Virus record (IMG/VR): IMGVR_UViG_3300037126_000087 | Location: 1 to 44,946 of that record | Reading direction: 5' to 3' (one strand) | Origin: a virus | Taxonomy: Duplodnaviria; Caudoviricetes | Length of the DNA: 44,946 bases | Shown: piece after piece, positions 24,515 to 34,850 of the stretch | Position numbering within the stretch: the first letter of the stretch is position 1 | How the letters are laid out: every line of letters begins with the position of its first letter | Notes under the pieces: generated by a model | What the model was told of the DNA's origin: nothing | The model's input: the letters and a program-made list of their open reading frames with translations, nothing else | Database searches by the model: none | Translations under genes and position numbers: made by a program

Positions 24515-24826
24515 TTAGGGAACGGTCACTTCAAATTGTCCAGGCGGATCATAGGTCGCGGTGAAGACCGTTTTGCCTGTTTCTGTGTTGCATGTCGCGC
24601 TGACCACAGTCCTGTCGATGCAGGGATCCATCATAGTCGCGCAGGTTCCTGGCGTCTTTCCATACTCAGTGTCGAAGTCACTGCAGGTCACGTTCTCGAC
24701 TTTGGACCAGAAATCAATGACCTGCTGATTGCTGTTGTTCACGGTCTTGGTAAACGTCTTCGGGACATTGGCTGCGATACTGCCGAGCAGTAGACCAGAA
24801 ATCAATGCGATGATTTTACCCGTCAT
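24515..24826 (-). CDS. Exported Cys-containing protein (103 aa)
   Basis: AAGGAGG SD; signal peptide MTGKIIALISGLLLGSIAA; 4 Cys in mature part. Confidence 0.75.
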   Translation of the reverse strand: MTGKIIALISGLLLGSIAANVPKTFTKTVNNSNQQVIDFWSKVENVTCSDFDTEYGKTPGTCATMMDPCIDRTVVSATCNTETGKTVFTATYDPPGQFEVTVP

Positions 24827-24839
24827 GTCAAACCCTCCT

Positions 24840-25934
24840 TTATGGTGTCCAGTAGCAAACAGCTACAGTTGCTGCCCCAGCTGACACGGATGTGAAATCG
24901 GCATTGCTCGTGATCGTCACCACGACAGTTTTGGCATCGTCATGCCAGGCTGTGCCAGATGGTTCTCTGAGATCACACCCGCTCGGATTCGTGGTGAAGA
25001 CACTAGGCGTTCCCGTACTGTATCGATCTACATCCGTGCCATCACCTATCTGTATAAATGCAGATGTATCACCGGTAAAACCCGTCAAGCTGTGCAGGAT
25101 CGCGCGCTGCACAACCGCACCGTCCGGGATGCCTTCATCTAGTACGAATGTACCTGATGCACCACCGCTGTCCATGAAGTCCGCGTAGGATATGGTTTGG
25201 TTGATGCAACCGAAACCCCCACCATCACCGCCTAGGGCGAGGCGGTTCCATTGAAGAAGGCTGTACTGTGTATTATCAACTGATACATCACCGGAAGAGA
25301 ACACAGCCACTCCAAGGTCCACGTGCTCGGTCAATCCGTGGTTCTTAAAATAGTTAGGTACATCAGTGATAACCATAAGCCTGTCATGTGCCGCTGGGAT
25401 GGCGATGATATATTGATTGCTCGGGTTAATGTATACGTATGCATGCACTATGTCATCAGTTGCGGTGATACTGATACCATTATGCGATCCAACTTGTAGC
25501 TGATTATCTACGTATGTGTAGGTACCATCCAACTCCACATTCCCAGTAAAATGGGAACAGTTCGCTCCACAAGAATGACTCGATGCTCCGGCCGCTCCGA
25601 AAGTCATCTTGCCGTCCGGGTTCGTAAATGACGAAGCCCGCATCGCAATCACATTGCCTCCGCCCTCCTTGTAAAACTCCAGCGGATCGCATGGCGACCC
25701 ATCGCAGTCTTTTTGAGTGATCCTACCTCCATCCGGTAATCCATCCGTGTCCCACTCTATGCATAGGTCAGCATCGTCGCCCCAGCACACTGGAGCATCA
25801 TCGGCATGATTGGACTGCCCAACAACGCTCTTGTCAGGGAAGCGTTCCGGATAACGGGCTTGGGTGGTGCCGATAATGGTTGCTAGTATGCAGAAACACA
25901 CCAGGAACAGAGCCAGACCTTTCCAAAGGGACAT
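24840..25934 (-). CDS. Fibre/decoration-like beta-rich protein with signal peptide (364 aa)
   Basis: MSLWKGLALFLVCFCILATIIGTTQA; G/T/D/S-rich; C-terminal IPDGAVV...F...IQIGDGTDVDRY jelly-roll-like domain. Confidence 0.7.
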   Translation of the reverse strand: MSLWKGLALFLVCFCILATIIGTTQARYPERFPDKSVVGQSNHADDAPVCWGDDADLCIEWDTDGLPDGGRITQKDCDGSPCDPLEFYKEGGGNVIAMRASSFTNPDGKMTFGAAGASSHSCGANCSHFTGNVELDGTYTYVDNQLQVGSHNGISITATDDIVHAYVYINPSNQYIIAIPAAHDRLMVITDVPNYFKNHGLTEHVDLGVAVFSSGDVSVDNTQYSLLQWNRLALGGDGGGFGCINQTISYADFMDSGGASGTFVLDEGIPDGAVVQRAILHSLTGFTGDTSAFIQIGDGTDVDRYSTGTPSVFTTNPSGCDLREPSGTAWHDDAKTVVVTITSNADFTSVSAGAATVAVCYWTP

Positions 25935-25935
25935 C

Positions 25936-26427
25936 TCAGTCCTCCGCCAGTATGTATTTCACGGTGAGCTTGTCAGTCGCCCCGGGACTTCCCCCATGAG
26001 AGCCGACACACGACAACGATTTCGCGCCTTTGATCTCCATACGCGCATCCCATTTCGTATCAGCGCTCAGTGAGCCTTCAGAACGGAAGATGCCGGATGA
26101 CTTGGCGGCGCATTCTCCCTCGATAGATGTCGAGTCACAGACGGTAAGAGTGTAATCGTTGTCATCGTCGTCCGGGCCCCCGGTACATATCAGCGAGATA
26201 ACACCGGCGTTCGCCGTGTAGTCAAACGAGATCCAGAATGTCACAGCTCCGTAGATATAGCGCCGCGTGTCGACCTCGAACGTGCGCGTGGCAGCGGCAC
26301 CGTTGAGTGCCACAGCATCCAACCCCACGCCCTCATGGTAGCCAAGGGACTCATTCGGTCCTGCAGAAGCGTTGTAGACAACGGCGCAGAGCGCCAGGAG
26401 GATCATACCGAACAGAAAGTTCTTCAT
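25936..26427 (-). CDS. Exported beta-sandwich-like protein (163 aa)
   Basis: Signal peptide MKNFLFGMILLALCAVVYNASA (A-S-A site); 4 Cys in mature part. Confidence 0.75.
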   Translation of the reverse strand: MKNFLFGMILLALCAVVYNASAGPNESLGYHEGVGLDAVALNGAAATRTFEVDTRRYIYGAVTFWISFDYTANAGVISLICTGGPDDDDNDYTLTVCDSTSIEGECAAKSSGIFRSEGSLSADTKWDARMEIKGAKSLSCVGSHGGSPGATDKLTVKYILAED

Positions 26428-28967
26428 CTCGGGTTCTCCAATCTCTGGGTCGCAGTCTGGTATGACAGCGACGTATCTCGTTCCTTAGCCAGCGCCGAGG
26501 GCCTGCTCATTGCTGGCTCACTTTGGGTCTCTGGGGTCTGGTAGATTCTCTGGTTAACGGCCATGTTCATCGGCTTGAGCATAGCATGGCCCACTGAGCC
26601 CAGGAAGGGCGACAGACGCAAGCTCTCTCGCCAGGTGAGTGGGCGTCCGAGATCGGCAACGGCCTCGCTGAGCATCTGCCCGGCGATCATCATCAGCTGT
26701 GGGTGTACTTGCCGGAGTGCTTCTATCTCTTCGGGCGTTGCAACTCCGGATGCAATGCGCCGGATGGCTGTTACGGGATCTCCAATGGCGCCTAAGACGC
26801 GGTCCATGCGCGCCAGCACACTGTCTGAGTAGACGTCTTCGCCAAACTGAGAATGCAGATGACTTACGGTATCCACTGGGGGCAAGACTGATTGTGCAAA
26901 GCGCACGGCACGGCCGATGGTCGCGGCCGAGTGTGTGGCAATCTGTGGCGCATCATCAGCGAAGGAGGCCACGGAAGCCGTTACTGCATCGAGCAGAGCG
27001 TTTGGATCAGTGGCCAGTCGCGTGATGCTCGCGCGGTACTTGTTAAGGGCCTTCTGCCGGTCCTTCTCCCCGGTCATGCGACTGACGACGTAACCGTACG
27101 TCAGAGCTCTACGACTTCCTTTGATGGCCTCTTGTATGGCTCCCCTAAACTTCTGGTGGAATCCGTCGACGCGCGTTTGCATAGCGCCCAACGTGCTCAT
27201 CTTTTGCAGCTTGCCGTAAGCGCGCGCCAGTGGAGGTTTCCAAGCGCCGGCGAATTTCTGAGCGCCTTCGACTGCGAGGAATACAGGCAGTCCAAAGATG
27301 CCCATCTGAGCCATGGCTTTTGGATCCAGCCCGCCCTTGTAAGCCATTCGCCAAACAGCAGCATTCGCAGCGTGCCTGCCCGCACGCTTGGCAGCCTTCC
27401 TCAGTACTCCCTCACCCTCTAGGATTTTGCGAATACCCATCTGATCAGCCAGATCTCGGCTCGCCCGGTAGATGCGCTTGTTCAAGCGGTATCCCTGGAG
27501 CAGTTTCTCTCCGCCAGCATTCCGGACGAGCTGTTCCTGCTTGTCGGCGAGGAAGCGGCGCAGTTGTCTCTCTACGAAGCTCTTACCTTTCAGCTGCTGT
27601 TTGAACTCCTGCAGATGGGTGAAGTCGTAATACCCGGCGCGCTTTCCTACAGCCCCTTCCCCTTTACGAACGCGGATGACCATTGCTTCCAGGTTATCCC
27701 AGAGCGTGGCCACGTCCTGTCCAGCAATAGCTTCCGGGGCTTCCTTGCGCAGGACAGTTTCAAATTCGGCCGCGAGCTCCCCTCTCGAGAAATAGGGCTT
27801 GAACTTGCTGATTCGCGGCGTGGGAGTGAATTCAGGCTCCACCCTGTACTTCATCTGAGCGGTCACTGGCCTTCTTCCGACTCCAGTCTCCGCTTCGGTA
27901 AACGCCTTCCTGGCCGCTGCTTCTCCTGGCTCGTACACCTCCTGGAATCTAGTATAGCCAGGAGTCGTCAATTCGCGTTCACTGCGACGGAACTCCTTGG
28001 CGGCCCGGCGCATGTAGGACTTCAAGCCTTCAATTTCCTGGCCAGCTCCCTGCCAGGACTTCGCCAAGCGCTCGGCGGCCTCGTCCACGTTCTTGACCCC
28101 CTGGGTCAGAACGGGCTGCATGGCATCCTTCCCGACGTTGACGGCCGGCGCTTCCATCAGAAGCCAGCGGATGTCTTCCATGAATTGGTCACCCTTGCGC
28201 GCAATCAGCTTGCCTGCCTTTGCCTCAGAGACTCCCATCTCTTTGAGGACACGCAGTACCGCGGCATACTGCTCGTTTTCCACAGCAGCGCGCTTGGAGA
28301 TGCGATCGGCGATCTTCCCTTTCACTGCCCCACCGAGCCCACCAATGGCACCAACTGCCCCTCCGAGCAATCCGCCAAACGCCGTCCCTTCCAGGGCCCC
28401 GGCGACTACGAGCTCTCCAACCCTCTCTGGGTCCCCAAGGGCAGCTTCACTGAGTCCGGCGCCGGCCCCAAAAATACCACCCTCCACGCCCCCTCTGGCG
28501 GCTTCTCCGGCGATTTTGGCGGCTGTACGGCCCCATACCCCAGGCTTGGTGAAAGCGCGCAGCACAGTGCCCTCAGCGCTTGCTGCAGCTCTGGACCCGA
28601 TACTGGATGCCAACCCTGCAGGAGTAGGCACCTTTTTGGTAAGTAGCGTACCGCCGATCATCCCACCGATTTCGGACAAAAGCGCAGTTCCTGGATTTGC
28701 CTGCCTCAGGTTGGTGAGGACCTGTCGAACGCCTTCGCCCTGGCCTGCTAGAAAGGCATCCGAGGCACCGAGGGAAGTTCCTTTCGCTACACCAGTGAGG
28801 CCTGTGAGCAACTGGCCCCTGAGGCCACCGTACTGCTCCTGGACTAGATCATCATGCGTGAATGGGGTGTAGCCATTCTCATACGCCGAGCGCAGCTGGT
28901 CCTCAGTCAGCTCCAGCCTGACTATCTTTCCAGTGGGATCCTTGAACAGGCCAGTTGCCATGCCCAT
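26424..28967 (-). CDS. Internal virion / DNA ejection protein (847 aa)
   Basis: Large helical Ala/Gly-rich protein with glycine-zipper segments; third of three genes after the nozzle. Confidence 0.7.
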   Translation of the reverse strand: MGMATGLFKDPTGKIVRLELTEDQLRSAYENGYTPFTHDDLVQEQYGGLRGQLLTGLTGVAKGTSLGASDAFLAGQGEGVRQVLTNLRQANPGTALLSEIGGMIGGTLLTKKVPTPAGLASSIGSRAAASAEGTVLRAFTKPGVWGRTAAKIAGEAARGGVEGGIFGAGAGLSEAALGDPERVGELVVAGALEGTAFGGLLGGAVGAIGGLGGAVKGKIADRISKRAAVENEQYAAVLRVLKEMGVSEAKAGKLIARKGDQFMEDIRWLLMEAPAVNVGKDAMQPVLTQGVKNVDEAAERLAKSWQGAGQEIEGLKSYMRRAAKEFRRSERELTTPGYTRFQEVYEPGEAAARKAFTEAETGVGRRPVTAQMKYRVEPEFTPTPRISKFKPYFSRGELAAEFETVLRKEAPEAIAGQDVATLWDNLEAMVIRVRKGEGAVGKRAGYYDFTHLQEFKQQLKGKSFVERQLRRFLADKQEQLVRNAGGEKLLQGYRLNKRIYRASRDLADQMGIRKILEGEGVLRKAAKRAGRHAANAAVWRMAYKGGLDPKAMAQMGIFGLPVFLAVEGAQKFAGAWKPPLARAYGKLQKMSTLGAMQTRVDGFHQKFRGAIQEAIKGSRRALTYGYVVSRMTGEKDRQKALNKYRASITRLATDPNALLDAVTASVASFADDAPQIATHSAATIGRAVRFAQSVLPPVDTVSHLHSQFGEDVYSDSVLARMDRVLGAIGDPVTAIRRIASGVATPEEIEALRQVHPQLMMIAGQMLSEAVADLGRPLTWRESLRLSPFLGSVGHAMLKPMNMAVNQRIYQTPETQSEPAMSRPSALAKERDTSLSYQTATQRLENPR

Positions 28968-30803
28968 TTACTCCGCAGGCTGTACACGTTCCAGCCATGC
29001 CTCGAATTTACGCCGGTCGAGCTTCAGTTGACCACCTCCCACGGGGACCACTCCGGCAGCTTCCAGGCCGGCGTCTTTCCCCTCGGCGATACTGTCGAGA
29101 ATTCCCAATGTCGCCTCGAAGCGGGCGTTGCCGACACCGCGCGGCTCACTGATTTGACCAAACATCTTGTCTACTGCCCAAGCAGCATCAGCATCGGACA
29201 TGCGATCCTTCAAGATGCTGCGATAGATTGGTCGCCCAGTGGCCTCGATGGCGGCTTTGTACTTTTTGGCATCCGTGGTTATGAACGGAACCAATGAGGA
29301 CAAAGTGGCTGGGATTTGGCTAGGCAGCAAGTTGTACTGCTTCTGCAAATCGCGGATGGTCTCGGTGGCTTTCTGCACCTGGGTGACCTCTTGAGCTTGA
29401 GCAACTGATGCGAGCTTTGCCTGCCCGCGCTGTGCTTCTCGCTGGATGCCGATTGTTGCCCACCCGCGGCGTGCAACATCGGCGGCACTCTCCGCCTGTA
29501 TGCGCGACCCTAGTGCGTCGGCTTCCAACTTCAACTTGTGCTGCTTGAGTGCGAATTCATTCTCGTTCTGTTTCATGACGAGAGCAGTACGCAGCTCTTG
29601 GGCTTGTAGCATCTTCTCCTGAGTTGCCGATGTGCCCTTTATTTGTCGCAGCTTCATATCCAAGGCGGCCATGATCTCGCGGCGCTGCAGGAGCTTGCCC
29701 TCGATCTCGTCTTCTCCCATTTGCCGTACCCGGTCCATGTACTCCATCTGGCGTGACCAGCGCTCTCCGAGGGCCCGGCGTTTGGCAGCGCGCTCTTCCT
29801 GCTCACGGCTTACATCGCTCTCAGCGATATTCAAGACCATGTCCAGGGCTTGATTAGGCCCTCCAGTGAACATGGAGCCAAGCCCCCCGAAGATGATGCC
29901 GAGAGCTGCCATGACCTTTGGTCCAGTCTCGCCGAAGCGACCAAGGGGATCGATCTCACCTGGCTGCATCTCGTCGTATTCCTGCTGCAACTGAGCAAGC
30001 TTCTCCTGCTGAGCCGCCATCTTGGCTTGGGCACCCTCGATGATGTCACCGACAGCGGCTTCCTGACCTATTTGTTGGGCAGCGGCTTGGACAGCGGCGT
30101 TGGAAGCTTCTTGGACCATTGCCTGCCGCCACAGTCGTTCCTCTGCTCGAGCAGCAACGTCTTCCTCGGCCGCGCGTTGGAATTCCTGGTAGGACTCAGC
30201 GGCCTGCTCGTACTCTCCCGGCAACTGCCCCATTCGCTGCCCGAGCCTCGAAATACGGCCGGCAGCACCCCCACCGGCCATTGGACGCTGGGGGAGCCCC
30301 GCTGGGGCGGGCCTTTCAGCGGGGGGAGTCTCCTCCCCAGAGCTTGGGAGCCTGGTCACTTCTGCCGGAACGCCTTGCCCGGCCTCCTCGCCCATCCTCT
30401 GCAGTTCCTGAGCGATGATGGATGTGGACGGTTTCCCACTGATGATGCCGGGCAGAATCACGTTCTCGCGTTCTGCTCGAGCCAACATCTCCGCCGGCGA
30501 GCCACCTTCTCTGGCAGCGAGGGCTTGCATGTATCCCTCTGGAGTAAGCTCCTCCAAGGATGTCGGTGCAATTGGCACTACGGCCCCAGGTGGCGTAGGC
30601 TGAGAACCCATCAAACCTGGAAGGCCGGTGAGGGTTTCAGGCTGCAGCTCGACTAACCGGGAGAGTACTTGTGGGTCTCCTATTTCGAGCTGAAACCCTG
30701 CCGGCTCTCCCGTAAGGATCTGGGGCTCAAGCTGGATCGTCCTGCCAGGGAAGCCAGTGAGCACTTGGGGCTCCAATTGGACTGTCCTACGCTTCTTAGC
30801 CAT
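28968..30803 (-). CDS. Internal virion / DNA ejection protein (611 aa)
   Basis: Q/E/A-rich coiled coils around a central hydrophobic Gly segment followed by N.AL. Confidence 0.7.
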   Translation of the reverse strand: MAKKRRTVQLEPQVLTGFPGRTIQLEPQILTGEPAGFQLEIGDPQVLSRLVELQPETLTGLPGLMGSQPTPPGAVVPIAPTSLEELTPEGYMQALAAREGGSPAEMLARAERENVILPGIISGKPSTSIIAQELQRMGEEAGQGVPAEVTRLPSSGEETPPAERPAPAGLPQRPMAGGGAAGRISRLGQRMGQLPGEYEQAAESYQEFQRAAEEDVAARAEERLWRQAMVQEASNAAVQAAAQQIGQEAAVGDIIEGAQAKMAAQQEKLAQLQQEYDEMQPGEIDPLGRFGETGPKVMAALGIIFGGLGSMFTGGPNQALDMVLNIAESDVSREQEERAAKRRALGERWSRQMEYMDRVRQMGEDEIEGKLLQRREIMAALDMKLRQIKGTSATQEKMLQAQELRTALVMKQNENEFALKQHKLKLEADALGSRIQAESAADVARRGWATIGIQREAQRGQAKLASVAQAQEVTQVQKATETIRDLQKQYNLLPSQIPATLSSLVPFITTDAKKYKAAIEATGRPIYRSILKDRMSDADAAWAVDKMFGQISEPRGVGNARFEATLGILDSIAEGKDAGLEAAGVVPVGGGQLKLDRRKFEAWLERVQPAE

Positions 30804-31020
30804 GGCTAGATTTCCTGAACGTGGTGATCGCTGCCAATTCCTGTGGTGTCAAATCATGCATTGCCCACGACAGCTCGCTATCCACCTTCGCTGCCTTCAG
30901 GATCTCTTCCTGTAAGATGCTGGCTTTGATGTCACCTTTGGGCTTTAGCTTCCCAAGTGCACTGCGCAAATGGGGCATGTACATGTCCAGCAAGGCTTTC
31001 CTGGCGGCTTCTTTACCCAT
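30796..31020 (-). CDS. Hypothetical protein (74 aa)
   Basis: GGAG SD; fills the gap between ejection genes. Confidence 0.6.
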   Translation of the reverse strand: MGKEAARKALLDMYMPHLRSALGKLKPKGDIKASILQEEILKAAKVDSELSWAMHDLTPQELAAITTFRKSSHG

Positions 31021-31021
31021 C

Positions 31022-31777
31022 TCATGCTCCAGGAATTGGCACGTTGATCGACTGCATTCTGCTCGGGAGGCCCATCGACTGCGTGCTGCTTGGTGGATTG
31101 GTCATGGAGGGCACCCCTCCGCCCCCACCACCTCCGGCTGTTAACGCAGCGATGCCGGTAGCCATCGAGCCCAGTCCCTGGAACATGTTCCCGATGTTCG
31201 CAGCTTGAGTCTGCCCAGGGATGTTGGCCCCTCGCTGTGATCCCATCGCCGTCGCGTAGTTTTGGGCAGCTATCCCTTCTAGGCCAAGCGATCCCTGTAG
31301 ACGTTGCGCGAGAAGCGCCAAGAACTGCTGGCGCGCGGCTTCCTGCTCCTGAGCTCTGAGAATGCCCATCTGACGGGCCATCTCTGTCCCGGCCGTGGAT
31401 GCTTGTTGCATGCCCTGGCGCTGGGCAAACGCCTGGTTCGATCCAGACGAGCCAGCGATGTTGCTGGCAATCTGCCCACGGATGTTCTCGAGTCCGCCTT
31501 GGAGCATCATCTGAGCCGGCGAGGGAGCCACCCCCTGCATCTGACCCATGAGCATCTGAGTCAGGTAATCCTGTCCACCGGTGATGTTGGGATCCATGAA
31601 CGACCCGACACCCATAGTGGTCCCAGGAGCGGTCATGTACTGCTTGGCCCCTAGCTTGCTCTGCTTGTACGAACCATAGCCCTTCTCGCCGGCTTTTCTG
31701 CCAGCAATGGCCGATCCGATGCTTCCTGCGGCGCCTATGGCGGCCGGTACTGCGAGTGCTGCTACTGGCAAGGGCAT
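31022..31777 (-). CDS. Small ejection / pilot protein (251 aa)
   Basis: Gly/Ala hydrophobic N-terminus; Q/G/A/M-rich; position equivalent to P22 gp7 or T7 gp14. Confidence 0.65.
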   Translation of the reverse strand: MPLPVAALAVPAAIGAAGSIGSAIAGRKAGEKGYGSYKQSKLGAKQYMTAPGTTMGVGSFMDPNITGGQDYLTQMLMGQMQGVAPSPAQMMLQGGLENIRGQIASNIAGSSGSNQAFAQRQGMQQASTAGTEMARQMGILRAQEQEAARQQFLALLAQRLQGSLGLEGIAAQNYATAMGSQRGANIPGQTQAANIGNMFQGLGSMATGIAALTAGGGGGGGVPSMTNPPSSTQSMGLPSRMQSINVPIPGA

Positions 31778-31786
31778 GAAATCACC

Positions 31787-34700
31787 TCATAAAGTCTTTG
31801 CACCCTTGAGCGGGTACTTACTCTTCAATTGTACCATGAGACTGATGCCGTAGAGAATGGCATCCGGCGCCCCCTCGAATCCGTAGGAGATCTTCACTCG
31901 GAAGGCACTTGCCTTCTGTCTGGCCGGCTTCATCCGTAGGACATAAGGCTCGTCGGATGCTGTCCACAACTTCGAGAAGCTCTCACTAGTCCCATCCTCA
32001 TACTGCAACTCGACAGTAATCGTCTCATACCCACCGGTCCCCACGTACTCTCCCAGTACATAGAGCCACTTCAGGCGCATGAACCCGTTGAGTCGTCCAG
32101 GGCGTATCCATCCGGTGAGAACCTCCAGGTCGCCTTCCCTACCACCACCGTCTTGGACCACTGTTGAATACTGGATGTTGAAGCTTTCCTCTACCCTGCT
32201 GACCACCAGGTACCTATTCCAGGTACATAAGTCAGTCTGATGAAGGGTCCAGGAGCCTGGCGTTATGTAGTTGACCCAATTACCAGTCTCTCTGTGCCAG
32301 ATGAATGTGCCAGCTGTAGTCGCCAAGCATAGATATGGTTTCGTCGGGTGCTCGATGAATCTCCCAAACGAGGCCCCCTCGATGGACCTCTGGATCCGGC
32401 TGCCAATACGTTTGATGGCAAATCCCCGGTCTATGTTCCATGGGACACTATCAGACCCTACGAAGGCTACCCCTCCTGACCAGGTATGTGCGTGTGTCTC
32501 AGCCAGCGCTCCAACTGCGCTGCTCATCTCCACTGGGCCGACGAAGTCCCCAATCCCGATGTTTGAAGGGCCATCACCATAGAGACGGAAGATCCCCGAC
32601 TCTGCGAACACGCACAGTTGACCTCCCATCGATGCTAGGGTTTGAGGCTTACCAGAGGCGCTGGGGAGAATCTTCCATGCCGCGTCGTTGAACTGCACTC
32701 CACGGTCTTCCACGTGTGTTTTTGAGTAGCGAATCTTCCCTTCATGGTCACAGATCACCAGGCGGTTCTCGTGCTCAGTTACTGCGTGACAAGCTGGTGG
32801 AGCAATGTGATCGACTTCGTTGTTGCTCGTGTACAGCACGCGCTGTTTTACCAAATCAGTATCACTCAGCCCCAATGTCCAGCTCCCACCAACAAACGCC
32901 ATAGAAACCCCAGGTGCGTTTGCAGCTCGCTGCTCAAGGTAGAAGGTATCTCCGCCGGCAACGGTACGGTAGAAGTTCACGTACACGTTATCTTTATGCG
33001 TGAGCTCTAATGGGACTATTAGCACGTCGACTTTCTGTCCAGCAGTTACCCCGGTAGCTTCGGCAATGTCCGAGGGTGCAGACTCGTAGCGACGACCCAA
33101 ACTGTCATACCATTCGTAGGTAGCCCTGAATTTGTAGTCTCCATTGGATAGTTTATGTCCACTCCCGCTGCCAGCCACTGTGGTACCGATTCCAGGGAAG
33201 TAATGGAAGCCATGCTCAACGACTTGCACGCCGTCAAAGTCCCACAACTGCCCACCAGCAATCACCGTCGTGTTGTGTACTTGGATGATGTTGCCAAGCT
33301 TCTCTATGTCAGCCTCCCCCACACTCAACCCCCAGACATCGTAATTACCTGCGTGCGATCTAGAAATGTAACGTCTACCAGAGTACACCAATGCACTATA
33401 GTCCGTTCCGGCACCCGGACTGACATCCTTGCGCGGGACGAAGAATTTGAAGCTCCCTGGTGAGTCCTCAGATGCTGGTATTACTGCTACTGGGCGCGTC
33501 AACCATTCATCATGGCCTCGTCCAATGTAGAACCGACCGACGATGTCGAGCTCTCCAGCACCGGCTCTGTGCCGAGCCACGAAATAGCACTCATTGGCAA
33601 CCTGCTCAGTCTTCCCCAGGAAGAAGATGTCATTATCGTTGTCGTCAACGCTATTGTACAGGTGCACTGGCTGAGAGAGAATCGTCAGCGCACCACAGAT
33701 TTCTTCCGGGGTGCTTATGCCACCGTTTTGGTAGATGAGGCTGTTCCACAATGGGTTTGTGACCGCCAATGACGGAGTCCCACTGAGACCCTCGATGTAG
33801 TTCCAGTACATGAGCATGTTGGCAGGGGTCTTCTCTGTAAAAGTTATTACCCCTAGTCCAGCTACTGCTCCATGGTCTTTCACTAATGCGTCCGCCAGTG
33901 AGACTGAAACGGAGACCGAATTCAGTTCCAACACGAGCCTGCGGACCTGATACACCCCCCCAATAAGATCCCCCCAACCGCAGTAGATCTTCTCCGTAGA
34001 GCCTCCGATATACACACTTCCGAGTCCAATGCTTTGCACAGTCCCAGACACAGTGATCGGGCTACCAGTGTACTCATTGCCCAGCCGGTCAAATACTCGA
34101 ATCTTCAGGTCGCTTGCTGTGTCTTTATAAGCCACAGCGAACTGATCGATTAATAAATCGTGCATCCGAATCGCTTGGATATGTTTCGGGGCTGTGGCGA
34201 TGATGTCCCCGGCGACCAAAACTCCATCCGACCCACTGCCGTATGGATTGCTCAGATTCAAGAGGCGCATGCGTAGGTCGTTGGAGGTATCCAACGAGTA
34301 GAGAATGGCGACGTAGTTGGCAGCCTCCACGGGGATCACAGCCGCCCATGGTGCCACAGTCCCAGTGGTAGCAATGGCGGTCGGTCCTTGAACGACCCGA
34401 TAGTCCTCTTTGTCCAGCACGTAGAAGTAGGCACCAACCGTCACGACGTAGTAATTACCCTGAACAGCCACGTCGACATATCTATCGTCCGGGCTATTCT
34501 CTTGAGTGGAAACGCCGGAGATATCTTCCGTCGTCAGTCTCATCCCACAGAAGCGATCCGACACTGTCCTTATGCGTGGGTATGACCCCGATTGTTCGTA
34601 GATGTCGATCCTGTCCGGGAGGGCTCGGAGTAGCTTCTTGCCGTGGGAGAATGGCCGGACGAAACCGCGGGCCTCCTGCACGGCATTGCCGAAGTTGGTG

Positions 34701-34849
34701 TTCAAGCCTGTCCGGCTGTGCAGCTTCCCGATCTCGTCTATGTCCGCCTCTTTCAGATCGGACAAACGCCCATCGATTGGCAATATCTTCTCGGCGATCT
34801 CCTGATCAATTCCCCCAGTGAACGGGATGTCAATGGTCTCGACTGGCAT
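31787..34849 (-). CDS. Tail nozzle / DNA stabilization protein (podovirus tail hub, 1020 aa)
   Basis: N-terminal IPFTGG, beta-propeller-like body, C-terminal TGW...Q....FRVKI; GGAGG SD before ATG 34849. Confidence 0.75.
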   Translation of the reverse strand: MPVETIDIPFTGGIDQEIAEKILPIDGRLSDLKEADIDEIGKLHSRTGLNTNFGNAVQEARGFVRPFSHGKKLLRALPDRIDIYEQSGSYPRIRTVSDRFCGMRLTTEDISGVSTQENSPDDRYVDVAVQGNYYVVTVGAYFYVLDKEDYRVVQGPTAIATTGTVAPWAAVIPVEAANYVAILYSLDTSNDLRMRLLNLSNPYGSGSDGVLVAGDIIATAPKHIQAIRMHDLLIDQFAVAYKDTASDLKIRVFDRLGNEYTGSPITVSGTVQSIGLGSVYIGGSTEKIYCGWGDLIGGVYQVRRLVLELNSVSVSVSLADALVKDHGAVAGLGVITFTEKTPANMLMYWNYIEGLSGTPSLAVTNPLWNSLIYQNGGISTPEEICGALTILSQPVHLYNSVDDNDNDIFFLGKTEQVANECYFVARHRAGAGELDIVGRFYIGRGHDEWLTRPVAVIPASEDSPGSFKFFVPRKDVSPGAGTDYSALVYSGRRYISRSHAGNYDVWGLSVGEADIEKLGNIIQVHNTTVIAGGQLWDFDGVQVVEHGFHYFPGIGTTVAGSGSGHKLSNGDYKFRATYEWYDSLGRRYESAPSDIAEATGVTAGQKVDVLIVPLELTHKDNVYVNFYRTVAGGDTFYLEQRAANAPGVSMAFVGGSWTLGLSDTDLVKQRVLYTSNNEVDHIAPPACHAVTEHENRLVICDHEGKIRYSKTHVEDRGVQFNDAAWKILPSASGKPQTLASMGGQLCVFAESGIFRLYGDGPSNIGIGDFVGPVEMSSAVGALAETHAHTWSGGVAFVGSDSVPWNIDRGFAIKRIGSRIQRSIEGASFGRFIEHPTKPYLCLATTAGTFIWHRETGNWVNYITPGSWTLHQTDLCTWNRYLVVSRVEESFNIQYSTVVQDGGGREGDLEVLTGWIRPGRLNGFMRLKWLYVLGEYVGTGGYETITVELQYEDGTSESFSKLWTASDEPYVLRMKPARQKASAFRVKISYGFEGAPDAILYGISLMVQLKSKYPLKGAKTL

Positions 34850-34850
34850 A

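Noticed and set aside
27564-28646. 360-aa + strand ORF (also 28093..28872 and 29850..30656)
   Set aside because: Antisense shadows of the ejection protein genes; no motifs or convincing SD
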